Origin: Acanthaster planci
Taxonomy: Eukaryota
Assembly (NCBI RefSeq): GCF_001949145.1
Contig: NW_019091357.1
Coordinates: forward strand, 2,626,589-2,668,639
Reading direction: 5' to 3'
Length of the DNA: 42,051 nucleotides
Positions 12,261 to 24,384 of this stretch are shown piece after piece (position 1 is the stretch's first letter; every line of letters begins with the position of its first letter). The translations under genes and the position numbers were made by a program. Below the pieces are notes generated by a model. That model was not told where the DNA came from and did not search any database. It saw only the letters and a program-made list of their open reading frames with translations.

Positions 12261-15200
12261 CAGTGTGTCTGCAATGGACGCATTATCATCAAGCACGGCT
12301 CTGGGTGGCACATGAAATGGATTCAGTAACGTACAAGTGAAGCAGCATTTAATTTTCGTACGGATCTTTTTCCAACTTGATCCTTTTCAACTGATGAAAA
12401 TTGAGCCTCCTTTAAGTTGAATGCACGCACTGAAAAGTGCACGTTAATAGCAAAAAAATATGCCTGAGCTTCTTTGACGGATGCGGGCGCTATTGCTGCG
12501 CTGTCATCCAGCAAGACATGTTTCAGTGCATCTGTTTCCTGGTCGAATTGCGAGACAAGACTCCACATAATACACTGAAAACATTTCCGAGAAAGGGTTT
12601 AACCCTTGAGATTGCTCAATATTGCCACACATAATAGTCACCAAAGAAAACAGACTAAGACCAGAAAAATCTGACACAATGTAGCAGTTTTGTGCACTAT
12701 CCATTGCAAAACTCAGGGTCTCTCCCGAGGATGACATCACAGTTTTGCTCAGTATGAAAATTCTAATTAGAATTAAAACCAAAAAGGCAGCAAAATGCTC
12801 TTTGACGTGGTCAAATTAATCGGGACACAAAGGGCCATTTAGGAGGTAAAAATGCATTGCCGCTAAACATGTTATGGATCCGATAAGCAGGGAAACCGAT
12901 TATAAATCGGTGCCCTTCAATATTGTTCGATGCGGTGCACCGTTAAATCTATGGGTTTTTTTTTCTCAGACGTCCCACTGAGTCGATTTGCTCAGTATTG
13001 TCACAACACAGTTGATGCTCTCGGCTTAACAATATGCAACGGTAAACGGAACTGAGGTTAGGATTTAAGCAATTGTCAAACGCATAAAACGTTGTCGTTC
13101 ATCGCTTGATGTATCACGGCGTCATTTGAGCGAGGCACCGTACTACTGCGGCAATCTCCTGCTTCGCATTGTTTTCCCCACACGCATGCAGGATTACTAT
13201 TGTGCGGCTCGCCACGGTTCACGTGTGGCATGCATCTCTCTCGAAAGAGTGAAAAGAGTTTGACATAATCTGTTGCTTTTTATGCACACACGCAATCCAG
13301 TTACACTCCAGCGACCCTCGTGGGTCAATTTACATTTCACGGATGGCTGCGATTAATTCCCACAGTGTACGTCTGGTACAATTATTTCCATGTAAAAGGT
13401 CTCTCCGTAAGAATAAATGAAATTGGTTCTAACCAGGGGAACATTATTTTGAATCCCTTTGGGCCACATTAAGTTAATTTTAGAAAAAAAAAATTTACGG
13501 CTTCATAAAATTTTATTGTTGGATTTCCTCAACTGTGCGTAAATCCCCAATACCGAGGGGTAAATTTGGCCATAGTTTAAATTTCACTCGGGCGCCGCGT
13601 AGTTTTGAATAGGGTCTGGCGGTCTGTGTTCATACGTCTGTGCAATGACTGTCAGTTTTATTTCCTAACACTCAGTCTTTTTGTTCCTGAGCAGAGCGGA
13701 TGCCAAATGAGCCTGGTCATATGCCTTGTTGTCGTATGTGGAGGGTCGTTTAAGATCCTTCGCTGTGTTTTGTTTATATTTTTTTTCGATTAAAAAGGTC
13801 TGAAGGAATAAAACTTTGCAAAAGCTGATGGAAATTAGAAGGGGAATTCCCATCAGCAGGGTGAGTAGAAACCTACAGAACCTACAAATATATTTTATTG
13901 TAACTATTAAACATTCTCAAATCATTCCTTGCAAAGGTTTTTTTTGTACTTCACATGCAATCAGTTAAAACCGAGAAACAAGAACCGTGTGCAAAAGAGT
14001 TGTTTTATTCTCGCAATAGAGAGAAACAAATCAAAGTTACCCGTACTGAAATAGAACAGTCTGCTAAAGTCCTCTTATGAGTCCACACTTATTGTCTATT
14101 TCACGGTTGTTCTTCAAAGTTTATACCTCTTATCATTCAAACTAATTTTTATATATATACATTGTACCCAGGGTCAATTTTCTGAAGATGCTTTGTACGC
14201 CTCCTTTAAAAAGAATTCCAATAATAATAGGGCTTTTCAGTGACATATATGTACATGTTTAAAGATATCTATGCTTGAAACATGAAAACTGTCGGGGTCA
14301 GTGTATAATCTGTTATATTATACAATGTAGATTTTGTTGTTGAGAGTAGCCGACCAGAAAAAGGCCCTTTTTAAGGGCAACTCAAGGGGCGGAAAAGCAA
14401 GTTTAACAAAACACTACTTAATTAAAAAGATAAGTAAGACTTCTGTCTAAATGTTTGACTTGGACTGACAATATCAAACCATACATGTGCAGGTAAATTA
14501 AACAGTGCAAGAACTCACAGTATCGTAGTTGTTTCATAATTATTTTAAAGGACATCGGTGACTTTTAAATGACGTTAGTAAAGGAAGTAGACAAAATATC
14601 AACGTTTTTCCATGACATGACACCAGTGACTTGTAAATGACATTAATGAAGGCTATAGATCAAGTATGAACAGAGTTACAGCGGGAGAATAGCTCCTGAT
14701 TCGATGATGCGGAGTGCCGGCACTGCAGTGCATCCAAAAATCTGAGGGGAAATGCACGCAGACAAACAGTGGTGCTTTTTGGTAAGAAATAAAATGTCAG
14801 ACTTTGGCCTACTGTTAAAAAGATCAAGGCTCGCGTTATGGGAGTTTTACAAATTCGCTGTTTTTTTAAGTCTCATCGCTTTCCCCTGAAATCCTGAGGC
14901 AAAGAACTGCAGATGAGTCAATGCGTTCAGTAATAAATAGCTTTTTGTTCATTTCAATTTAGGAATTGACATGAAAAAATTCGTGTAATTTTTTTAACAT
15001 AAAATGTAGTCGACGAAAGAATCAATTAGACTGTCTTTCATGTCTGGTGTCATTATTTTTTGCGTACGTGACAATTAATTCTTTCGTTTTTACATGCTTT
15101 GCAATCTTAACCAGAAACACGGCCACTGAATAATAGCTTGTTACAGTTCATTACATTAACTTCTATTTAACTGTGAAGGCTTAAAAATTTTGTCGGGACT

Positions 15201-17355
15201 GGTTGACTATGTTAACATTTACAAAAGAGAATCACAAAGCACAAAATGTCATGAACCAAACAGACAAAATGCTATTTTTGATTTAAGCCAGGCAGAGTGA
15301 AACCAATTAAATTATGGAATTCCCCAAATGTGAAGGATTAAATTGTAACCTGCCCCCCCCCCATTTCTTCACCTAAGCTGGTTCCCAGCTGCTAGGTTTG
15401 TCTATTTGTACGATTATTTGAGGGTAGCAATTTAGAATAGCAGTCCCTATAAACCCGCGCGGCAGACATGACTCGGCCTCCCTTCCCGCGTGGTGGTCGA
15501 CCTGAGCAGACCCAGTATTCCTGAAAACACAGCTTTGCGTAAGCTTGGGAAAGAAGCCCTGTATTCGAGTGTGAGTTTGGCATAGTAATGTAAATGATTG
15601 AGAGATAACTTACCGTAGGCCTACTGATTGTTAATTACCAAGCCACACTGGATAGTAGTCAATCTTTATGACTGTCTATTTCGAACCTTCAAATGATGAG
15701 TAATTCACATTCAGTGCTGTGCGGCGGAATAGGCCTATAGTTGTAACCTTGGTGAAGCGCCTTTGTGACGGGGCATGTTTTGAAGAAGTGTGACCCTGTA
15801 TCAACTGTATTTGTCATACCTCTGTCATGGACACTCTTCGCTTATTGGCCCAGAACGATCACATGACAGGGCAACATATCGGCACATCATACGCACCGTG
15901 AGACATTTCGTTCTACCAATGGTGCGTGTACGCACAAGCGTACGTCAGAAAAACAGAAGAGCTTCTGGAAGTTCGAGAACGAACATTCGTAGTCCTTCGG
16001 TCAGTTTTGCGTGGTACCCATGATACATTTGTGCACAGGCTACCGGGGAATTCGATCGATAAGTGCGCTCGTATAACAGACTCGTTTCCGTCCCTCACAG
16101 CGTATAAGGTAATGCAGAGACCGCTAACCAGACTATACAAATGTACTCACTGGTACCCGCACTTGCTTTTACGCAAGTAACGAAAGTGAGGGGACAGTGC
16201 ATTTGCAAATGACTGTTACGTTAATTGTACGGTTTTACAGTAGGCCCACCGTCTTCTGAAATACAGTGCTTGTTTCTTTTGATAAATTCTGCGGGGCGCT
16301 TTGAGTCCCTCGGGTGTTCAAGACGTCATACCCCACACCACAGCGGTCAACAATTGTTAACTATCCGCTTGTGACTGTCACCGTTCGTCGAGGCTGTTGT
16401 GTTGCGGCCAAGCAGTAAACTGCCGCCAAAACGGATCGGCGTCACCGGCCGACCCTTCGCTGACGTAGGCTCGCAGACTCCCGAAGACGACACTGCCACA
16501 GTATTGTTGCCGCGACTGACTACACAAGTACGCCTCACTTAGGATTTTGTCATCGTGCGAATGCCCATCACGATTTTAATCGAATATCAGCAAAAAGCAA
16601 GGAATATACTTTATATGTTCAGCCACTTACAGAAACTCAGTTGAAACTGAGGTTCAACGTTCAGTCACTGAATGACACCAAACAGCGCTAAAGACTTGCT
16701 CCGAATGACTGAACTTCAAATGACATCGATAGGTATACACCAGACTGTGTACTAAAGTCACTTCGTGGGTATAATACAGTGTTGTCTACACATTTAACGA
16801 AGTGAAATATCTCGATGCGTCAGTCCGTGAAATATTAATTTTAAATTTCGGAGAGGTAGGTAAACATTTCCAATTACATAATTCAATCAGCTTTTCAGAG
16901 CACCTAGGCCTATAAGTTTGAAGTAAAGATCATGCATAAAGGTCATGCATAATAAGAATATGCTAAAAACCCACATTTGTCAAAAAATGAGATAGGTCAG
17001 ATCGTGATACGATCAAAGCCCTTTTATTTAATGTCAGTATGACGTAACCACGGAGAGGACACATGGGAGCATGTGTCCCCCCCAGCAGAGGGAGCGCACC
17101 CTACGGTACCGTTGCCTAGCAAAAGAAGTTCTCCTGTGCACGTACCAACGTAAACAAGACCAGTTTTCAATGTACGTGTTTATTCGCGACTCTAGTTTGA
17201 TCAGTTAAATCATGGCGGAAGGATCAGGGAAAATGAGTTTCATTTCTCCATGCATAAAACTGTGAAGCGAGTCAGTTCCCCAGTTCATACTACTCATGCG
17301 GACTAACACCTACGGAGCCTCTAGGGGGCAGGCAAAATGAGACTTTTTTTTTATT

Positions 17356-18277
17356 TTGTTCCCACGAAATAATTTCAATCCCTCGAAATATAATTTGNNN
17401 NNNNNNNNNNNNNNNNNNNNNNNNNNNNNNNNNNNNNNNNNNNNNNNNNNNNNNNNNNNNNNNNNNNNNNNNNNNNNNNNNNNNNNNNNNNNNNNNNNNN
17501 NNNNNNNNNNNNNNNNNNNNNNNNNNNNNNNNNNNNNNNNNNNNNNNNNNNNNNNNNNNNNNNNNNNNNNNNNNNNNNNNNNNNNNNNNNNNNNNNNNNN
17601 NNNNNNNNNNNNNNNNNNNNNNNNNNNNNNNNNNNNNNNNNNNNNNNNNNNNNNNNNNNNNNNNNNNNNNNNNNNNNNNNNNNNNNNNNNNNNNNNNNNN
17701 NNNNNNNNNNNNNNNNNNNNNNNNNNNNNNNNNNNNNNNNNNNNNNNNNNNNNNNNNNNNNNNNNNNNNNNNNNNNNNNNNNNNNNNNNNNNNNNNNNNN
17801 NNNNNNNNNNNNNNNNNNNNNNNNNNNNNNNNNNNNNNNNNNNNNNNNNNNNNNNNNNNNNNNNNNNNNNNNNNNNNNNNNNNNNNNNNNNNNNNNNNNN
17901 NNNNNNNNNNNNNNNNNNNNNNNNNNNNNNNNNNNNNNNNNNNNNNNNNNNNNNNNNNNNNNNNNNNNNNNNNNNNNNNNNNNNNNNNNNNNNNNNNNNN
18001 NNNNNNNNNNNNNNNNNNNNNNNNNNNNNNNNNNNNNNNNNNNNNNNNNNNNNNNNNNNNNNNNNTTCTCTCGAAACATTATTTCGTTCTCTCGAAACAT
18101 TATTTCGTTCTCTCGAAACATTATTTCATTCCCTCGAAATAAGATATTTCGTTCCCTCGAAATAAGAGATTTCGTTTCCTCGAGACACAATTACGTCCCC
18201 TCGGATTAATATTTCATTCCTCCGAAATATGCTAATTCGTTCCCTAGAAATGATGATTTCATTCCCTCGAGATATAT
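17356..18277. repeat. 21-23 bp minisatellite (ttc(c/t)ctcgaaacattatttcg) spanning an assembly gap
   Basis: About 10 units visible at 18066-18277 and about 2 degenerate units before the gap (17398-18065). Short inverted ends cctacggag (17309) / ctcgtagg (18305-18312) bracket the array. Confidence 0.85.
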
Positions 18278-19054
18278 TTGTGTACTTGGCGCCATTGTCG
18301 CACACTCGTAGGACAGAAAACCGCTTACTGTCTAAGTAACTGGCAAACATGGAGTGATAGGACCATTGGTCCATATACCAATTAAGAAACTAATAACCAC
18401 GGAGGCCCTGTTAGTAATAATATGAAAAATAGTAGCGATTACTATTTCTAGCTTATTATAGAATAGAACAAAAATATACAGTTCTTAAATACATAAAACT
18501 GTAAACATAAGAGTAAAAAGTAGAGTATAAAGTAATATGGTCAACTGAAGTGCTCAATGCAAGGGAGATGTCGTGGAAAGGAAATAGCAAGTGTAACTTC
18601 AAACAGATGCAGTTGCTTCGATTATCAGATATTAACGTAATGCAGCGAGTGGAATTAAGTTAGCTATTCAAAAACTTAAAATTAAATTAAATGACTGCAA
18701 GGAAAAAGCACTGATTACAGAGAAGATGGAAACCTTTACAATGTTGAAATTAAGACACTTAAAAAAGACTAAAAGAAGGACCCAGAAACTGAAACGACCA
18801 AGGTAGATAAAACAGAAATTAAGTGCATGAAGTGTAAAAATGAAAAGATAACGCATGGTTCCCTTAAAATATAATGAGACAAGAAATATAAATGTTGAAA
18901 ATGTTCTTTAAAGTAAAACTGGACTAGAATGTCAGAAAAAAATAACAAACTTAAAATTGCTATCTATAAGTAATAAAATGTATTAATTAAAAAGACATTT
19001 AAAAACTTTTAAAGAGATTTGGCTTGCCGCTGAGCTAAAGTTAATGGTTTCATC

Positions 19055-20100
19055 CTAGGGTTCCACACTGTTGAAACGTATGTCTATCGGCATTGTCCTG
19101 GGAACATTACCGAGGCGTAATAACCCATTAGACTTGGATCGAGTATTAGCAGAAGGAAATGGCATTTCAAAACGCGTATTAAGTATTATTGTGATATGTA
19201 TACACCTCACACATTCGATGACGTTCCCAGAGAGATGGCAATGGTGACCAAGAGAGTGCCTGATGAAGATCACTGATACAAGTTACGAGGATGAGCATTA
19301 GGAATCAGTCTAGCAAGACGATTATGTAATTTGATCAACTTGTCCGAATGAGAGTGAGTACAATTGGACCAAACCACATCACAGTAATGAAATATAGCGG
19401 CAGAACCATAGCGGAACTTAACATAGCGGAACTTAACATCTTAAATATAAAATTAGAAAGACTAGATTTTGCCGTTCGTCGAAGAAACCCTCTTCTCTGT
19501 GAGATTTCGTTGGCAAGGTGATCTACGTGGTCAGCCCATGTCAGTTGCTCATCTCAGATAATAACTCGCTCAATAGCAGTGCTATCTATCAATAGCAACC
19601 TGGACTTTGGTAAATGTAGATAGCCGTTGGCGAGTTCCAAAGTTCATACTTTGTTTTGCTCACATTTAGGGTAGGCTGGTGTTCAGTGAGCCATTGGGGC
19701 ACTTTGTTGATTGTTATTGCCACATCACGTTCAATATAAGGCGGTGAGATGCCTTCAGTCATAGTCACCGTACCATCTGCGTACGGGCTAACTTTGGAAT
19801 CTGGGCAAGTAACACATGAGGGAAAATTAAAAGAAGAGGTCCCAGGATTGATCCTTGGGGAACCCTGATAGTCACATCAGCGATAGAGATGCCGTCGGTT
19901 TGCGTGGCCTGTTTTGTATGTGAAAGGTAGGAATCAAACCATTTATATTCGTAGACCGTGAAACCCCTCTGTGAAGTTTGTGGTCCTTGGTGTCGATGGC
20001 CTTAATTCTTGAGAGCTAAAAATACAGAGGCTGTTACCTCACCAAAGTCCATGTTATTTAGTATACGATCATTGACGTCAATAACTGCTGTTTGGGTGGA
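19055..20100 (-). mobile_element. Decayed, 5'-truncated CR1/L2-type non-LTR retrotransposon (reverse transcriptase and C-terminal region)
   Basis: Minus-strand translation across stops and frameshifts gives, in order: STQTAVIDVNDRILNNMDFGEVTASVFL..KAIDT, KWFDSYLS, RVPQGSILGPLL (about 19832-19866), YADG (19772-19783, from YADD), LNVSKTK, DEQLTWADHVD, YCDVVWSNC, KLHNRLARLI, NTRSKSNGLLRL. A 15-bp tandem duplication sits at 19407-19436. Confidence 0.9.
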
Positions 20101-20587
20101 GATATTTTCATAACTCGCGAGTTTGGGACTTCTGGCGTCCAACTCGGCGTATTTTGTTCACAAAACCTCCAACCGGTGGGCCTATTTTGCATAGACCGTC
20201 CAAACCATCCATCGTTCGGGTGAAATATTAGTCGAACTTAGTTGACTATAGTCGTCACTCGAGCTTGCCCATTGGCGGGGACAGCACGTCCATCCTCTGC
20301 GACTTCCTACATGAATTTCAATTTCAGGGAAAAGGATGATAAAAACCATAAGAAAGTATAGACGTTTGTCAAGGCGTTGGTCATTAGCTGCCTATTGGGT
20401 ATTCTGATCACCTACATTCTTGCCAGTATTAATTTGCATATTGAATGTGCGCAAACTTCCCAGAGCCTGTTGGCGCAAGAAGTCACAAGAAAACATTGTA
20501 AAGCATGAAGGAAGTATTCCATGTCTTTCTCTACTCTTCTTGTAGAAAATCTTCAAGGGGTAATTTAACCCATTCTCAGAATTAAGC

Positions 20588-20616
20588 AAAAGAAAAGAAA
20601 AGAAAAGAAAAGAAAA
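20588..20616. repeat. (AAAAG)n microsatellite
   Basis: Five full units plus a partial one. Confidence 0.9.
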
Positions 20617-21895
20617 TACCTTCAAGTAATAGGCAAACAGTGTTGTGTGATTGGACCATTGTAGCATGGTATAACTGGACACTCCATGCACGTGTTACCT
20701 AAGCCTGCATTTATATCTATTCACACGCATGGTTGTACGCATCTAGAAAATCTAATGCGGAATAACAAAGAAAAACAAACCTACTGCATTGAATTGAGGC
20801 CTTTGACTGGATCTATTTGAGTTGCTATAAGATGGCTGCAAGATAACTATTACAGGTCACTTTCTGTGCTTCAATTTGCACTGGTTATATCCAGCTCAAG
20901 TGGTGTCAATGTGCGATGAGCATGTCAGCTCAGTGCTGACAAGTGCACTAGCTGAAAAAGATAACGGCTAATGATAAATGCCTTAAGGCTACAGGGTATA
21001 CGACTTTCTGACAGTCGTAAGGTACAGATTGACACAACGCCTATCATATAACTTGGGTTATCTATTAATCAAATATTGTTAGCCTGTGTACGTCTGTGTA
21101 CAAAACTTGTCGTTAATACAGAAGTCAACTGTCAAGAGAGGGAGAAAGACTCCAAGTAAGCATTCTGTTTAGAATGACAGTCCTCAAAATACAGACACAA
21201 TGCAGACATGATTTAGTAATGAATATACAGCATGATTTATTACACACTAAACACAATCATAGTTCACATTTTCAAAACTTCTAAAACTGTTGGACCAGGA
21301 GTTGGTCTACAAAGCTGTAATAACAACAGGTATCTTTTTAAGTGCAAAGTGCTGCGTTGCAGTTTTTTATCACTGAAGTCATCTAAAACGTACAAGCATG
21401 GACCCGCTTTGATTCTTTGCTTAATCTTTTTTTTCCTGGAGGGGGAAATATCCCTTGCATTGATTAGCATTGTTCTCATGCCAAAAACATGCACTAAAAA
21501 TTAAACTGGCATGGAATTTGAGAGTACAGAGAACACAGATTTAAAAAAACATACATAAGCACACTACAGAGACAATGTGTAGTTTCAGGTGAGCGATTTA
21601 GGAGCAAGCAATTTAAAACCATATATCACATTCAAAATTCGAATCTGTATCCGTTTGGCCAAGTGGCCAAAGAACCCTACAATTACTTCAGACCCCGCCT
21701 GCCGGTGAATCGCAGTTTTCGTGGTTACCTTTCAGTGATGTACATCTGTGTTGGATAGGTGGGGGATGACGATTTTGAAATTTAAAAATCTCATCACAAA
21801 AAAGTGGGGGGAAGGGGAATGATTCAGTAGCCCACCCCCCAAAAAGTGTGGGGGATATTATACCCACTCCCTTCGGATTTGCATCCATGTTACCC

Positions 21896-21964
21896 TTAAC
21901 CCTACCCCCTAGGGTATTGTCAATATCACAATGAAGTTAGAGGATTGAGGACCGGTAGGGTTAA
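21896..21964. mobile_element. Second TTAA-flanked piggyBac-like mini-element
   Basis: TTAA|CCCTACC...AGGATTGAGGACCGGTAGGG|TTAA; shares aggattgagga with the 22948 element. Confidence 0.5.
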
Positions 21965-22947
21965 TACAGGAAAACAAAACAGACAGACTGTGTGGTCTGA
22001 AGAGAAGTAGGCTACCGTATAATATGACTCTTCCCCGAAAGACTACGTCAAGAGAGGGGGGGGAGAGTTCCAGGCGGAATGTGCCTGTGAGCAAGTTCTC
22101 TGCAGGCTCACTCACAAAGTCTGTGCTCTGGGTCTTGGAAAGAGATTTATCAATTGGGCCAGAAACCACCTTGTCAGTATCAATAGGAAAAAAAAGATGT
22201 AAACTGGGTTAGGAGTCATAATTATTGTCAGTATATCAGTAAGGACAAGCACCTGTATTTCTTGGAATAATTCAGGGCAAACAATTGGGATCATGATATT
22301 GCTTTTCACCCTTAGAACTTGAACACTATGATGAGGACAAGCAGCTGGACAACATGAGTTTTCGTTCTTTCGCGTTACAGTTACGGGTGCATGCTTTACG
22401 GCCCGGGCGATTGCGCATGGTCAACACCACACATGTACAAGTCCCTGGCATGCGTTATCATGAAAGAAACCGATATTCATTTCCTGTCCTAAATGAAGGT
22501 GTGACAGCAGCAGCAAACTGGGTTATAAATGTAAGCTTGCATGCGTTGCCCGGCGGCAGCGTCCCTCGGGGTGAAGAAACTGTGAAGTCTTCCTCAGTGT
22601 TGGAGGACGTGTGTCCTCCGGTAAGAGGACTCCGAATAAATGACACCAGGACAGCAATACCTTGGGTCCGTCTTCTTGATTTATTCTCGTGTAAAATTCC
22701 CAATCGAAATATTCTGATTCATCAGTATAACCCTTAAATGTCTCTGAAGTTCCTGAAGTCATGTGTTGATCCGTTAAGATCACTGAGGTCTCGTAAGTCC
22801 CTCTAAAGTCTCGTAAGTCCCTGGAAAATAGTTACATGATATTAAATAATTAAATGAATAAATAAAATTCACAATGTTTATAATCATGTTAAAGTTGCTA
22901 ATAATGCATGTACTAGCGTGTTTATGTATGCATGTGCTCGACATAAC

Positions 22948-23006
22948 TTAACCCTAACACTCCTCAGTCCTCCAACAGGTGAAGGATTGAGGAGGGTTAG
23001 GGTTAA
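22948..23006. mobile_element. TTAA-flanked 59-bp hairpin, piggyBac-like mini-element
   Basis: TTAA|CCCTAACACTCCTCAGTCCT...AGGATTGAGGAGGGTTAGGG|TTAA; TTAA target and CCCT/AGGG termini are piggyBac hallmarks. Confidence 0.6.
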
Positions 23007-24384
23007 TATCTTTTACCTCACCCAACACTTGTGGGACTCCTGCCTTCAATGCAGGCAGCACTGTACATACATGTAATGAGTACATAGATGTAATGACATG
23101 ACATTTGTATAAGACCAAAATGCACATATCCATAATCATGTTTCACAGTCATTTGTACAGACGCCGGTTTTAAATGGATCAGCGCGCACCACAATACACT
23201 GAACTTGGTTGCCATGGACGTGACCTGAGGTCACTAAAAGTTTCCACATGCGATCGTGCGTGCACTAAGCACGTGCGTGATGTACTGTGTATTAAGCATA
23301 GCTGTGCACAGTTGTCGCTCACACACCCAAAACAGCATGAATGAAGCGACGAAATTATGTCCATAAAACCCTCATGATCTGTTGAATCTGATACTAATTA
23401 TCGACCCCAGTCAATTCCTTGATCATATAAGATGTTAATTATCAACTAATTATACCCATGTTACAATTTGTAAAGAAAAAAAAGGAGTAATTTACCGGTT
23501 TGGTTCGACCCAACAGTGCGCTTCGTTGTGGATTGTGGAGAAGAGGACGTTTGGCAAGGGCGCCCTCTGGGGCACGATGTCAACGATATTATTGTAAATA
23601 ATGTGGATCCCCACATAAATGATGATTATTTCTAAATAAACACCGTTAACCGTTAACATTCAAGTTGAAACACGTTGTCCTCATCATTGGGGTTAATATT
23701 GGGATAAAAAAAAAATGGTGACCCCAGTTCATTCATCCTCCCACCACTTTTCAAGTCACTGATTTTATGTGCATCCGTAGCCTGCCCCACTGACTCGGAC
23801 TCCACACCTACCGGCGTTAAGATCTCACCTGAGATGGAAGCACGCGTGCTGAGCTCGATGGATGATTACGAAATCACCCTCCCCCCATGTGACAAGAAAT
23901 ATCCGCCCATGCCAAAAAAAGTGTAAACTGTTTGGATTAGATTTACACATGCAAAACATAGACATATATTTTTCAACAAAGAACGAATAACAAAGACAAA
24001 CCACTGTCGAATCAGTATTTACGCGTGTATTAATTAAACCCAGTTATGTAATTGATAAACCTTAATATACTTTTTGTATCCCAAACATGCATGTAGGTTG
24101 TAAGTTCTCTGGGCAAGATTTGCAAATTTATTCACGCGAATCTGTGACGTCAGATCAGTCATTCGCGTTGTGAATTCCTAAAAGTTGAATGCATATCATG
24201 ACGTCAAATTTGCTTCGCTTTCGAATTCGCGTGAAGTAAGACACGGCCTTTAATAATGCTTGAAACGCATTGCAACCACTCAGCCCTGCGAGGCACAGTG
24301 TTGTAACAAACCACCTCTTTTTTTTCCCACAGCCGCGGTTAAAATACGGTCCCACGCAACCATCGCCGTAACACAGACCACAAA

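Noticed and set aside
14551..14672. Two degenerate direct repeats about 68 bp apart
   Set aside because: Looks like an ordinary old local duplication; nothing suggests function.
18066..18277. CRISPR-like appearance of the 21-23 bp array
   Set aside because: Units are head to tail with no unique spacers, there are no cas genes, and the context is eukaryotic.
21909..22783. Short minus-strand ORFs as a transposase or separate gene
   Set aside because: No DDE/DDD motifs or consistent exon chain could be identified by eye.
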